Source: a virus (lineage: Duplodnaviria; Caudoviricetes). From it: a DNA stretch of 64,000 nt. Below are positions 40,305 through 51,365 of the stretch, in pieces (the first letter of the stretch is position 1; each line of letters starts with the position of its first letter). The position numbers and the translations under genes were made by a program. The notes beneath the pieces were generated by a model. It saw nothing but the letters and a program-made list of their open reading frames with translations. It was not told where the DNA came from and did no database searches. Location of the stretch: IMG/VR virus record IMGVR_UViG_3300021964_009400; one strand, written 5' to 3'.

Positions 40305-41336
40305 ATGAAAATAATACAAACATTAGCAACAGATACATGGGTAAATTTAAGTGAAAGAAATATTACTAATAGATTATTATGGCATTTCATAAGTGCTACA
40401 ACAATTAGAAAAACTTATGGGATAGACCAAGAGATGATTTTAATTAGTGATACTAAAGGTAAACAAATAATAGAAGAACTTGGTTGTTTTCCTTATGATA
40501 CAATTACTAATGATTTAGATAACTTTCCTTATACAAGACCACACATACCAGTTGGATATAAATTATATTGTTTTGAATTATATCCAAATGATGATGTTGT
40601 ACATATAGATAATGATGTACTTATAAAAAATCAGCTACCAAGTTTTACAGATACCATAGTACAAAGCAATGATGGAGATTGGATTATGTATGATATTGAC
40701 GAAGATTGGTTTTTTGGAAATTTAGATTTATGGACGTTCCCCCCTTCTATTGTTTCAGATGGTAGAGTTAATTTAACTAATTCATATAATCCTGGTGTAT
40801 TAGGATTTAAATCAAATTCTACAATTAAAGAACAGTATGTTTCGGATTATTATGAATATTTACAAATTAATACTAATATGTTAAATCAATTAAAAATTGA
40901 TGATTTAGAAACTTATAATACTATTTCTGATAAACACAAGCAGGGAGTAAATACTATTTTAGAAGAAGGATATCTTTATCATTTATGTGAAACAAATGGG
41001 GTAAATGTAGTAGAAGTATTGGATTCAAACATTGTTCCAAGTGTACCACAATTTTTACCCAATGGAAATGCTGAGTTAGAACGAAAAAAAATACATCAAA
41101 GATATTTTAATCATTATGTAGAATTAGGATACATTCACTTTTCTATGGCATCAAAGGGCAACAAAAGTTGGTTATACGATACGATAGGTAATCTAGATAC
41201 CGATTCTAATACTACATTTATTCCTTATATTTCTGATGAAATAAAACAATTTTTAAATACAAGAGTGGGTTTACCAAAAAATCCTATAAATCAATTTGTG
41301 AATATATTAATTAAAGATATAATTGAAAAATATTAA
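40305..41336 (+). CDS. putative GT-A glycosyltransferase
   Basis: DxD-like VVHIDNDV; YNPGVLG; first gene of the sugar cluster. Confidence 0.55.
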   Translation: MKIIQTLATDTWVNLSERNITNRLLWHFISATTIRKTYGIDQEMILISDTKGKQIIEELGCFPYDTITNDLDNFPYTRPHIPVGYKLYCFELYPNDDVVHIDNDVLIKNQLPSFTDTIVQSNDGDWIMYDIDEDWFFGNLDLWTFPPSIVSDGRVNLTNSYNPGVLGFKSNSTIKEQYVSDYYEYLQINTNMLNQLKIDDLETYNTISDKHKQGVNTILEEGYLYHLCETNGVNVVEVLDSNIVPSVPQFLPNGNAELERKKIHQRYFNHYVELGYIHFSMASKGNKSWLYDTIGNLDTDSNTTFIPYISDEIKQFLNTRVGLPKNPINQFVNILIKDIIEKY

Positions 41337-41348
41337 AAAAACAAGGTT

Positions 41349-42539
41349 ATGGCAATTCTAAAAGATAAAGAAAAAGATGATATTAAAAGTAGTATTGTCA
41401 ATTATTTATTACATTGTAATAAAGAAGTTGATACTAATATTTTAGTAAATAAAATAAATAGTTACTTACCTTTTGAAGAAAAACTAAAAGACCCAAAATC
41501 ATTTTCATCAAGTATGAATGTATTAGTTACTACTGGTGCAGGTAATACAATTCAAGGTGGGGCTGATATATGGACAAATCACTTTTTAAAATTAATCTGG
41601 CCACATTTACCAAAAAGAAAAAATTGGAGATTATTAATCGATTCAAAAAGACCTACTAATTTTGATGAAAATTCTTTACCAGAAGGATTAGTTTTTCACT
41701 TCCATGGAGATGACCCAAACAAAACAGAAAAATGGTTATCAGAATGTATGGGGATTCATTTTTTACATTCACATTATCATAAAAGAGACCATGTTTGGAA
41801 ATGGGAAAGTAAATTTAAAACTATTTTTGTTCATGCGTATCCAAAAGAAATGGAAGAAGTTGTTAACAAATTACCAGAATTAAAAAGATTACAATTTAAT
41901 ACAAAAGTTGAAAGTAAATTTTACAACGAATTTTTACAAACATTTAAAAAACGAATATGGATTGGAAATAATCCAAGTGAGGTACTAACAGATTTCCCAA
42001 ATTACACATATACAATACCAAACTTTTATGAGTTTAAACACAACTTACTTCCACCTAAAGAAATAAACAATACAATTGGATTTGCATCAAGAGCGGAATC
42101 AAGAAAGTGTTTACATTGGATACATGGTCATAACGGATATGTTTTAACAAACAAATATGATTTTCAAAATTTAAAAGATACCACAACATATACTTTTCCT
42201 AATATAAAGTTTTTTCAATGGGATTCTTCTATACACGATAGTTTTATGAAAAAAGATTTTAGTATATTTCATGGAGCATACTTTAAAGAACCATTTGGAT
42301 ATTCTATATTTCAAGCAGTTGATTATGGTAAAATTCCAATTATCCATACTAATTGGGCAACTGAAGTAGATTACAAATATAGAGCCTCTAATAAAAATGA
42401 ATTTGATAAGATGGTTAAAAAAATAGTAGGTGATGATAACAATACAAGATTTGAAGAATTTATAAAATTGAAAACTTATATGATGACTTTTGATAATACA
42501 AAAAATTGGACATCAAAAATATTAGAAAAATTTATTTAA
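41349..42539 (+). CDS. GT-B glycosyltransferase (GT4-like)
   Basis: EPFGYSIFQAVDYGKIPI matches the GT4 E-x-FG...A...G-x-P-V motif. Confidence 0.7.
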   Translation: MAILKDKEKDDIKSSIVNYLLHCNKEVDTNILVNKINSYLPFEEKLKDPKSFSSSMNVLVTTGAGNTIQGGADIWTNHFLKLIWPHLPKRKNWRLLIDSKRPTNFDENSLPEGLVFHFHGDDPNKTEKWLSECMGIHFLHSHYHKRDHVWKWESKFKTIFVHAYPKEMEEVVNKLPELKRLQFNTKVESKFYNEFLQTFKKRIWIGNNPSEVLTDFPNYTYTIPNFYEFKHNLLPPKEINNTIGFASRAESRKCLHWIHGHNGYVLTNKYDFQNLKDTTTYTFPNIKFFQWDSSIHDSFMKKDFSIFHGAYFKEPFGYSIFQAVDYGKIPIIHTNWATEVDYKYRASNKNEFDKMVKKIVGDDNNTRFEEFIKLKTYMMTFDNTKNWTSKILEKFI

Positions 42540-42564
42540 TATATTTATATATACAAGAGATACT

Positions 42565-43341
42565 ATGTCTATTATTAACTATATCTTAGTTAAAGAGTTT
42601 TTTACCAACAACTTCAAGATAAAAAAAGATACAAACCAAAAAGAGTTCAAAGAATTTACACCTGTAAAATACAGATGGACACATGGGGCTACTGATTTTC
42701 ATCTTGGAGATGGTTTGCTCATTTATTCAGCTATTCAGTATATGAGAGCCAAGACTTGTGTCTGTTTAGGAAGTGGTGGTGGATTTATTCCAAGAATAAT
42801 GTCACAAGCAAGAATGGATTTACATGACCAAGGTATATTTGAAGGAGAAAAAAATATGGAATGGGGAGATGTAGGAACAACAATTTTAGTTGATGCATCA
42901 AATGGAGTTGGTGGTTTTACTGATTGGGTTGAAAAAGATTCTTTTTATCGAACACATTTTCCAAGTAGAGTTATATTAGATACAACAGAAAATGCATATT
43001 ATAATTTTTTTGTTAAAGAGGATATACAAATTGACTATTTACATATTGATGCAGGACACTCATACGAAGATGTAAAAAAAGATTTTGAATTATATTCAAA
43101 AGTATTATCACCAAATGGAATTATATCTATTCACGATACTGATGAAAGTTTTGAAAAAGAACATATCATTACTGATGATATATTAGATGATTTTCATCAA
43201 GAATATGCTAATGGACCAGCACAATTTATAAAAGAATTAAAAGAAAACAAAGAGTGGGAAGTATTTAACTTCTTTAATAATGGTATTTTAAGAGATAAGC
43301 CATCTTCTACTGGTCTAACATTTATTAGAAAAAATGCATAA
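42565..43341 (+). CDS. class I SAM-dependent methyltransferase (Methyltransf_24-like)
   Basis: CLGSGGG; IDYLHIDAGHSYEDVKKDF...LSPNGIISIHDT. Confidence 0.85.
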   Translation: MSIINYILVKEFFTNNFKIKKDTNQKEFKEFTPVKYRWTHGATDFHLGDGLLIYSAIQYMRAKTCVCLGSGGGFIPRIMSQARMDLHDQGIFEGEKNMEWGDVGTTILVDASNGVGGFTDWVEKDSFYRTHFPSRVILDTTENAYYNFFVKEDIQIDYLHIDAGHSYEDVKKDFELYSKVLSPNGIISIHDTDESFEKEHIITDDILDDFHQEYANGPAQFIKELKENKEWEVFNFFNNGILRDKPSSTGLTFIRKNA

Positions 43342-44188
43342 GATAAATTTAGTAACTGTTGTGGGACATAATATAACAATGTTACCACATATGTTAAATC
43401 ATTATAAAGATATAGTAAACGAAGTATATGTAGTTGTTTACAGACAACATGAAGATGATGGTATAGTTAATGAAATAAAAAAATTAGGTATAACTCCATA
43501 TAAGATTGTAACTGAACCAAAATTTAATTGGGAAAAGGTTACTGAGTTATACAACGAAGTAAAAAAAACAAAACCAAACGAATGGTGGGTGGTTTCGGAC
43601 GATGATGAATTCCATGTGTATCCTAAACCTTTACAAGAAATGATAAATGATTGTGAAGAAAATGGTTGGGAGTTTATAACAGGTGGATTCATCGATAGGA
43701 TAGGAGAGGATGGTACATTTCCAAAAGTTTATAATAAAACTAATATATGGAAAAAATTTCCTTATGGTGGATTTTTTAGATATCCACTTTCTCAAGCTTG
43801 TCCAAATAAATGTTGTGTTATGAAGGGGAGAGTAAGAGTAACACACGGACAACATTATGGTATTATTAAAAATAAACATATTTGGGGAAAAGAAAATTTA
43901 AATCATCCTCTTCGATATCCACCGGGTAGAGGAGAAGGGTTTATACAAGTACACCACTTTAAGTGGGATTCGACTGTTTTAGAAAGATTAAAAGAAGTTT
44001 CTGAAACAAAAAATGATTACACTTTTTGGGAAGAATACCAAAAAATGTATGATGCAATAAAAGATTCTGATTGGAAAATTGATATTTTAAATGAAGAATT
44101 TTTTATGGAACGATTACATAAAAATCCAAGTGAACATTGGGAATATTCAAAATGGAATCGTTTGTTAAAAAAAATTATTATTGTTTAA
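43334..44188 (+). CDS. GT2-like glycosyltransferase
   Basis: WWVVSDDDEF; VTHGQH; VHHFKW. Confidence 0.7.
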   Translation: MHKINLVTVVGHNITMLPHMLNHYKDIVNEVYVVVYRQHEDDGIVNEIKKLGITPYKIVTEPKFNWEKVTELYNEVKKTKPNEWWVVSDDDEFHVYPKPLQEMINDCEENGWEFITGGFIDRIGEDGTFPKVYNKTNIWKKFPYGGFFRYPLSQACPNKCCVMKGRVRVTHGQHYGIIKNKHIWGKENLNHPLRYPPGRGEGFIQVHHFKWDSTVLERLKEVSETKNDYTFWEEYQKMYDAIKDSDWKIDILNEEFFMERLHKNPSEHWEYSKWNRLLKKIIIV

Positions 44189-44238
44189 TAAATTTTTATA
44201 TATTTATATATGTATTGAAAAACATAAATTAAAAAGTT

Positions 44239-44424
44239 ATGGCAACTAAAAAAGACGAAACAGCAAAAATCTTAGAAGAAAGAAAAGTTAAAGCTCTTGA
44301 AAAGATAGGAAATTCACTTGATGCTCTTACTTTATGGTTTGAAGAAATCGATAAAGAAGAATGGGGACCAAGATTAGAATGGTATCTTTCAGAGTGGTAC
44401 GAAAATAAAATTAAAAAAGACTAA
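44239..44424 (+). CDS. small hypothetical protein
   Basis: 61-aa ORF downstream of a TATTTATA motif. Confidence 0.6.
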   Translation: MATKKDETAKILEERKVKALEKIGNSLDALTLWFEEIDKEEWGPRLEWYLSEWYENKIKKD

Positions 44425-44427
44425 TAT

Positions 44428-45849
44428 ATGTCTAAAATCGGTATCATTGTTCCATACAGAAACCGAAGAACACACTTAAATCATTTTACTACTGCAATTA
44501 AAAATCATTTTCTTAATTCAAAAATAGATTATGAATTAATTATTGTCGAGCAGGCAGATAAAAAATCGTTCAATCGAGGTTCATTACTAAATATTGGTGT
44601 ATTAAAAGCAAAAGAACTCAAATGTACTTATGTTGCACTACATGATGTTGATATGATACCTTCTGATGTTGATTATTCTGAAGTAAGTGTTCCTACCCAT
44701 CTTGCAACAAATTTCATTTCACATAATGGTAAAATGAAACGAGTTGTATTTGATGAGTACTTTGGTGGCGTTACCTTATTCCCAATAAATGATTATTTTC
44801 ATGTTAATGGATATTCAAACAAATATTGGGGTTGGGGTTATGAAGATGATGACCTATTGTGGAGATGTAAAGAAAACTTTTTTGATTTTAACACAAAACA
44901 ATTACCAACAAAAGCACATAGTAGTGTGGGTTTATATTTTAATGGACATACTAGTCAAGTTACAATTCCAAAATCATTCAAGTTAAAAAATTATACAATG
45001 TTTTGTTCATTTAATCCTTCAGAAATTGAATGTAATGACGGGTATATGTTTGATGAATATAATGTGGTTGCCATACCAGGCATGGATACTGGCTTTACTT
45101 ATAATTCTTATAAAAGATACAAATTTGAAACTTGGACTAGTCAAAAAGAATGTATAAGTTTAAAATCAAATATTACTCCACCAAAACAAACTACTTTATG
45201 TGCAACTATAAATTCAGATGATAATGTAGTAAAATTTTATCATGATGGTGAACTTGTTGATGAGACAAAATACGATGGAAGGGTTCTTCATTATTTAAAT
45301 GAAAAACAAATTTATCTTGGAAACTCACCATCATTAAAACATAATCAAAGGAGACCATTTAAAGGAACGATTGATTATTTTGCATTATTTAATCATTCCT
45401 TAGAAGAAGGTCAAGTAAAAGAAATTTCAAAAAATGAAGGAATGGGATTGACTGAATCTTATGGCGATTATGTTGCACCACACACTTTGGAAATGTGTTA
45501 TGATATGAAAAACTCTACATTTTCAGAACTTTATGATACTTCACACAGAAGAGAAATTGCAGAAATAAAAGATTGTGATAGGCATCAAATAAATCAAGCA
45601 AATGAATTTATTGAAATACCAATACCTTGGAGAAGAGAATCAACATTTGAACTATTATATCACAAGGAAAATGGATTTTATGAAAACAAATGGACTTGGA
45701 CAGAAACACGAAAAAATCAACTTCATTTTTATAATAAAGTTCTAAAAGGAAAATCTGATTATAAAAGAGATGGTATAGATAATGTTAGATACGATTTATT
45801 ATCCGATACAAAAATGGAGGATTATCACTTTATATCAGTAGAACTATGA
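44428..45849 (+). CDS. GT7 (beta-1,4-galactosyltransferase-like) with inserted LamG domain
   Basis: IVPYRNR, FNRG, HDVD, YFGGV, NGYSNKYWGWGYEDDDL; LamG motif FKGTIDYFALFN. Confidence 0.85.
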   Translation: MSKIGIIVPYRNRRTHLNHFTTAIKNHFLNSKIDYELIIVEQADKKSFNRGSLLNIGVLKAKELKCTYVALHDVDMIPSDVDYSEVSVPTHLATNFISHNGKMKRVVFDEYFGGVTLFPINDYFHVNGYSNKYWGWGYEDDDLLWRCKENFFDFNTKQLPTKAHSSVGLYFNGHTSQVTIPKSFKLKNYTMFCSFNPSEIECNDGYMFDEYNVVAIPGMDTGFTYNSYKRYKFETWTSQKECISLKSNITPPKQTTLCATINSDDNVVKFYHDGELVDETKYDGRVLHYLNEKQIYLGNSPSLKHNQRRPFKGTIDYFALFNHSLEEGQVKEISKNEGMGLTESYGDYVAPHTLEMCYDMKNSTFSELYDTSHRREIAEIKDCDRHQINQANEFIEIPIPWRRESTFELLYHKENGFYENKWTWTETRKNQLHFYNKVLKGKSDYKRDGIDNVRYDLLSDTKMEDYHFISVEL

Positions 45850-46256
45850 TGAGTATGTATAAAATAGGAGTAATTGCAGGAAACTTTGATGTTATACATC
45901 CAGGTTATATTAAAATGTTTAAAGAATGTAAATCATATTGTGAAAACTTTATAATTCTTTTACACACCGACCCATCAATAGAAAGACCAGAAAAATTAAA
46001 ACCAATTTTATCAAAAGAAGAAAGAACAGAAGTTTTAACTTCAATAAAATGGATAGATTCAATTGCTTATTATACTTATGAAAAAGAGTTGGTAGAACTA
46101 CTAAAAGGATTAGAACCAGATATCAGATTTTTGGGTGATGATTATCGAGGTAAAACATATACAGGTTTCGAATTAGATATACCAGTTCATTATTTAAACA
46201 GAGACCATGGTTGGAGTACAACAAAATTTAAAAAACTAATTGCTGATACGATATGA
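45846..46256 (+). CDS. cytidylyltransferase (TagD/RfaE-like)
   Basis: AGNFDVIHPGY, GDDY and WSTT motifs. Confidence 0.82.
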   Translation: MMSMYKIGVIAGNFDVIHPGYIKMFKECKSYCENFIILLHTDPSIERPEKLKPILSKEERTEVLTSIKWIDSIAYYTYEKELVELLKGLEPDIRFLGDDYRGKTYTGFELDIPVHYLNRDHGWSTTKFKKLIADTI

Positions 46257-47722
46257 AGTTAGGGGTATGTGTACCATATAGAAATAGAGAAACTCACTTA
46301 AAAGAGTTTATACCAACTGTTAGTAAATATTTAGAATCACAAGGTATTGAGTATGGTATTTATTTTGGACATCAAGTTGATGATAAATTATTTAATAGAG
46401 GGGCCACTAAAAATGTAGCAGCAAAACATGCATTTGAAGATGGTTGTGATTATATTGTATGGCATGATATCGATATGATACCAGAAGAAGGTTGTGATTA
46501 TTCTTTTCCAAAAAAACATCCCATACACATTGCAACAAATATATCTCAAATGGATTACAAACTAAAGTATGAGGAATACTTTGGTGGTGCAGTTTTGTTT
46601 TCAAAAGAACAAGTTGAAAAAACCAATGGATATTCAAATGATTATTGGGATTGGGGAATGGAAGATGATGATTTGTTTTGGAGATGTGTTCTTGAAGGAT
46701 ATGCAAATACATCTTATATGGACTATCCTACTGAAAAACAAAGTTATTTAAATTTCAATGGACAAAATTCATTTATTAAAATAGGTAAAGATTCAAAATT
46801 AAGAAACATCACATCTCGTTCTCATACAGTTTCAGTTTTAGTTCGTGCCTATCAACAAGAAGATAAAGTAAACATTTGGTTAGTAGGTGATGAAGAAAGA
46901 AGATTTTGTGAATATCCAATAATTCGTAGACCAGGATATGATTGGGGATTGAGTTATAATAATTCAAGAGCATATACAGCACAACTTTGGGATAATCAAC
47001 GAAATCATTTATATCAATGGATAAAAAGATATGAAGGACAATGGACATGGGTTACTTTAAGTGTTGATACTGCAAATCAAAAAATTCATTTTTATTTAAA
47101 TGGTAAAGAATCAGATGCAAGACATGGTCATGGTACACAATCTCCTTTACATTATGAGAATAGATTAAAATCATATGGATTAGATGATTGGTATATAGGA
47201 ACAACTACTTCTGCACGAAAAAATGATATTAATCGTTGGTTGAAAGGAGATATTGGAAAAGTATATATTTGGAATAGAGTATTAAGTGAAGAAGAAATAC
47301 AAAATGTACACAAATCAGTACCAAAAAATAATTTAGTTTTACAATATGATTTTAATTCTGATTTACAAAAAAATTCTCCATACACCGCAGTTGATTTAAG
47401 TGGAAACGAATTACATGGTAGTATTAGAAATTGTGAATTGCATGAGGGAGAAATTAAAATTCCATACACAGTTTTACCCCACAGAATACCTGGTAGATTA
47501 AAGTGTTTACCACACAAAGATGAGGGTTTAGTAACAAACGAAGATGGTAAACAGGTTTGGGCAAAGGGAGAAACTACTGCTAGAAACGAAAGAAGATATG
47601 TTCTTCAAATGCAACAAGGTACATGGGATTATAAATCAGATGGTATAAAACAACTAAAATATGAATTGGTTGGAATTGAAGAAATAGCACCCAATGTAAA
47701 ACTAATAAATGTTAAATTTTAA
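46253..47722 (+). CDS. second GT7 with inserted LamG domain
   Basis: VPYRNR, FNRG, HDID, YFGGA, NGYSNDYWDWGMEDDDL; LamG motif LKGDIGKVYIWN. Confidence 0.85.
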   Translation: MKLGVCVPYRNRETHLKEFIPTVSKYLESQGIEYGIYFGHQVDDKLFNRGATKNVAAKHAFEDGCDYIVWHDIDMIPEEGCDYSFPKKHPIHIATNISQMDYKLKYEEYFGGAVLFSKEQVEKTNGYSNDYWDWGMEDDDLFWRCVLEGYANTSYMDYPTEKQSYLNFNGQNSFIKIGKDSKLRNITSRSHTVSVLVRAYQQEDKVNIWLVGDEERRFCEYPIIRRPGYDWGLSYNNSRAYTAQLWDNQRNHLYQWIKRYEGQWTWVTLSVDTANQKIHFYLNGKESDARHGHGTQSPLHYENRLKSYGLDDWYIGTTTSARKNDINRWLKGDIGKVYIWNRVLSEEEIQNVHKSVPKNNLVLQYDFNSDLQKNSPYTAVDLSGNELHGSIRNCELHEGEIKIPYTVLPHRIPGRLKCLPHKDEGLVTNEDGKQVWAKGETTARNERRYVLQMQQGTWDYKSDGIKQLKYELVGIEEIAPNVKLINVKF

Positions 47723-47746
47723 TATATATTAATACAAAGATATTCA

Positions 47747-49195
47747 ATGGCAGATTTAATAGCAAAACAAGAAGAGAAAAAAAGAAAAATTAATATTGAT
47801 GATGATAGTCCATTTTATGTGGATATTAGAACATCATTAAATGACCAAGGACCTGGGTTTTGTTTAGCAAAGTGGACACAAGTTACAATGCATTTACAAT
47901 TAGGTCATACTCATTCTTGTCATCACCCTAAAACACATCAAGTTCCTTTAAGAGAATTAAAAAGAAATCCAACTGCTCTTCACAATACAATGTACAAGAA
48001 AAGAAGAAGAAAAGAAATGTTGGAAGGACAAAGACCAGATGAATGTGATTATTGTTGGAATGTAGAAGATAGTTCAAATAGATTTTCAGATAGAACTTTT
48101 AAATCTGCAGAGAACTGGTCATATCCTTATATGGATGAAATTAAATCATTGGGTTGGAGAGATGATTATAATCCAAAGTATGTTGAGGTTTCATTTTCAA
48201 ATGCATGTAATTTTAAATGTTCTTATTGTGGACCAGCATTTTCTACAAAATGGATGGAAGAAGCTGAAAAATTCGGAGCATATCCAACAACAGATGCTTT
48301 TAATGATTTAACTTATTTAAAAGACGAAGGTAAAATGCCAATGCCAGTAACCCAAGTAAATCCATATGTAGATGCATTTTGGAAATGGTGGCCGGATTTA
48401 TATAAAGATTTACATACTTTTAGAATTACAGGTGGTGAACCTTTAATGTCACAAGATACTTGGAAAGTTTTAGATTATATAATAGAACATCCAAATCCAA
48501 ACAGAGAACTCAACCTTGCGATTAATTCAAATCTAGGAGTACCTGATAAATTAATTGATAAGTTTATTGATAAAGTTTCTAGAATATGTGATGAGAATAG
48601 AGTAAAAGAATTTGTAATATTTACATCAGTTGATAGTTGGGGTAAACAAGCAGAATATATTAGAAATGGTTTAGAATTTAATAGATTTTGGGACAACTGT
48701 CATAAAGTTTTGCAAAAATGTCCAAAGGTTATTTTAACTTACATGGTTACATATAATGCATTATCAGTTCCAAACTATCATAAACTTATTAGAGGTGTTT
48801 ATGACCTAAAAACTACTTATGGTTCTGATGATAGATATTGGAATTCAGCAACCTTTTTAGATACATCTTATTTAAGACACCCAACACACCAAACAGTTCA
48901 AGTTTTAGAACCACATTGGGCGGATAAAATTTATCAAGATGCTCAATTGGTTGATTTTTTAGGAGTTCCATTATTTGAAAAAGAATATATTGGTTATTCT
49001 GATGTAGAAATACAAAAACTTAAAAGAACATACGATTGGATGAAATCACCAATTGATGAAAAAAGATTACAAACTCAAAGAAGAAATTTTGGATATTATT
49101 TTAGAGCACATGATGAAAGACGAGGAACTGATTTCTGTGCAACCTTTCCTGAATTAGAAGAATTTTATAGAAAATGTTTAGAAATTAAGATATGA
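47747..49195 (+). CDS. radical SAM protein with N-terminal Cys/His-rich (SPASM/twitch-like) region
   Basis: CNFKCSYC; ITGGEP; FCLAKW...HSCHHP...CDYCW. Confidence 0.88.
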   Translation: MADLIAKQEEKKRKINIDDDSPFYVDIRTSLNDQGPGFCLAKWTQVTMHLQLGHTHSCHHPKTHQVPLRELKRNPTALHNTMYKKRRRKEMLEGQRPDECDYCWNVEDSSNRFSDRTFKSAENWSYPYMDEIKSLGWRDDYNPKYVEVSFSNACNFKCSYCGPAFSTKWMEEAEKFGAYPTTDAFNDLTYLKDEGKMPMPVTQVNPYVDAFWKWWPDLYKDLHTFRITGGEPLMSQDTWKVLDYIIEHPNPNRELNLAINSNLGVPDKLIDKFIDKVSRICDENRVKEFVIFTSVDSWGKQAEYIRNGLEFNRFWDNCHKVLQKCPKVILTYMVTYNALSVPNYHKLIRGVYDLKTTYGSDDRYWNSATFLDTSYLRHPTHQTVQVLEPHWADKIYQDAQLVDFLGVPLFEKEYIGYSDVEIQKLKRTYDWMKSPIDEKRLQTQRRNFGYYFRAHDERRGTDFCATFPELEEFYRKCLEIKI

Positions 49196-49926
49196 TAGAA
49201 CTTAAAGGAGATAATGCTTTTTTTATTCCACCAAAAAATAGATATGGATTATCTAAAAAAGAAACTTTCGATTTAACAGAAAAAGATTTTTCTATTTGTG
49301 TTAAAGTAAAAATTGATTGGGATTCAATGATACCAGGTACTCCAACACATGAGGGTGGTATTGTTGCAAAAAATGGTAGACATTGTGGATTGAGTGCACT
49401 AAAATTAAATGAAAATCAATGTTATATAAAAGCACAATTTTGGACATGGGTAAGTAGAGAAGTTGGTGTTGAATTTCATGATACATGGATTGATATTAAA
49501 GAAAAAAAAGATTGGATGTCAATCGCAATGATTCACGAAAAAAATAAAAAAATAATCACTTGTTATGTTGACGGTGAAGTATCAAAAATATCATATACAG
49601 GTGAAATTATAGATTACAGAGATTCTTGGATTTGGGTTGGTTGTAATAACTCACTTGATAGTTGTGCACCGGAACATAGAGGATTTATGAAAGGTAGTAT
49701 TAAACATATATCAATTTTTGAATCTGCGTTATCACTAGAATCCATTGAAGAAACTTTTAAAATACAAAATACAGATGATGTAGATTTTGAAAAAAACCCT
49801 TGTGGTATTTATTCTTTTAATCCAGAATGGCAAACTCCATATAAAATTATGGATATTACTCACAATGGTAATTCAATGATTTTATTTGATAAAAAATGGA
49901 TGGCAGAAGAAACAAAATTAATGTAG
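49192..49926 (+). CDS. stand-alone LamG/concanavalin A-like domain protein
   Basis: WMSIAM..., YVDG, IWVG, FMKGSIKHISIFESALS. Confidence 0.7.
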   Translation: MIELKGDNAFFIPPKNRYGLSKKETFDLTEKDFSICVKVKIDWDSMIPGTPTHEGGIVAKNGRHCGLSALKLNENQCYIKAQFWTWVSREVGVEFHDTWIDIKEKKDWMSIAMIHEKNKKIITCYVDGEVSKISYTGEIIDYRDSWIWVGCNNSLDSCAPEHRGFMKGSIKHISIFESALSLESIEETFKIQNTDDVDFEKNPCGIYSFNPEWQTPYKIMDITHNGNSMILFDKKWMAEETKLM

Positions 49927-49931
49927 TTTAA

Positions 49932-51356
49932 ATGAAAAAACATATTCACTTTGTATATGATTTTAAATTTCCAAATGGGTATCTACAATTTGGATATGAT
50001 AAAAGTACCATAAGAAATAACTTTTTTCATCAACTTGAAAGTGATTTAATAGAATCTATTATTTTACCAAATCCACATAATCCATCTGTTCTAACAGAAC
50101 AAAGTGGTATGTTTGCTGATGAATATATTAGTACAAATGTAAATTGGAATAAATTAGGAGTTAATCAAATTCAAGATGTACTCGATAGAAAACATTATAA
50201 TAATACACAAAATTATTTTATAATTTGTTTAGAGGCAACAAATAATTCATCGTTCTTTGAATATTATTCAAATCCAAATATTAATTTTGATAATTTATTT
50301 TCTCCAAAACTTTTAGATTTTTTTAAAAAAAGACAAGAATTTAAATTGGTATTACTTGATAATAGAGAAGGAAGTTACTATCATGACCCGGCATTGTTTA
50401 CAAAAATAAGTAAATGGTTGGATAAGAATAATATAGTAGGTAAAAATAAAGTTATTGTTTCTACTTGTAATGAAAAAATAAATGATATACCTATAAAGGA
50501 TAACAGAATCAAAACTTACAATAATGATTATTATTTATATTATTCAGGTAAATTTATAGTAGAATGTGAAGAACGAAATAATCTAATTACAGAAGATGGT
50601 AAAGATTATCAGTATTCATTACAAGATAAAATAAAATTTAATAAAAGAGAAAAGTATTTTTTAAATTATAATAGAAACTCTGGTAGATTTCATAGACCAT
50701 TTTTAATAAATAAATTATATAATAAAAATATTTTAGATAAAGGTATAGTATCATTACTCAAAACTAATGAATTTGATAGTATCATTAATGATATAAAAAA
50801 TAATTTAAAAGATTATAATCCAGATTTTGGTTTAGATTTACAAAATGAAGATTATAAAACGATATATTTAAATCACAAAAATTGGTATCCATTGGTAATT
50901 GATAATGAGAATGAAGAAGAAGTGGCATGGTACCATAATTTTTTAAGTAGAAAAGATGAATACGAAAAAACATATTTTTCAATAGTTTCTGAGACAAATG
51001 CAGAAGATATATATTTATTTATAACAGAAAAAACTTTAAAACCAATAATGAATTTGCATCCATTTTTAATAAATGGTAATCCATATACATTAAGACACTT
51101 AAAAAGTTTAGGGTTTCAAACATTTGAAAAATGGTGGGATGAGAGTTATGATACTGAAACTAATTTTAAAAAAAGAATTTTATTATTAGTAGAACAAATA
51201 AATATTCTCTGTAATAAAACACATGAAGAATGGATAAAAATGTTAGAAGAAATGCAACCAATTTTGCATTATAATAAAAATCTTCTAAAACAAAAATATA
51301 CAAGTAAAAAATTTGAAGATAATTTCTTAAAACAATTTCAAATTGAGTTATTATAA
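49932..51356 (+). CDS. putative glycosyltransferase (GT10-like paralogue 2 of 4)
   Basis: FLNYNRN..RFHR; YFSIVSET...FITEKTLKPI...HPF...LGFQTF..WWDESYD. Confidence 0.55.
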   Translation: MKKHIHFVYDFKFPNGYLQFGYDKSTIRNNFFHQLESDLIESIILPNPHNPSVLTEQSGMFADEYISTNVNWNKLGVNQIQDVLDRKHYNNTQNYFIICLEATNNSSFFEYYSNPNINFDNLFSPKLLDFFKKRQEFKLVLLDNREGSYYHDPALFTKISKWLDKNNIVGKNKVIVSTCNEKINDIPIKDNRIKTYNNDYYLYYSGKFIVECEERNNLITEDGKDYQYSLQDKIKFNKREKYFLNYNRNSGRFHRPFLINKLYNKNILDKGIVSLLKTNEFDSIINDIKNNLKDYNPDFGLDLQNEDYKTIYLNHKNWYPLVIDNENEEEVAWYHNFLSRKDEYEKTYFSIVSETNAEDIYLFITEKTLKPIMNLHPFLINGNPYTLRHLKSLGFQTFEKWWDESYDTETNFKKRILLLVEQINILCNKTHEEWIKMLEEMQPILHYNKNLLKQKYTSKKFEDNFLKQFQIELL

Positions 51357-51365
51357 AAAAAAGTT

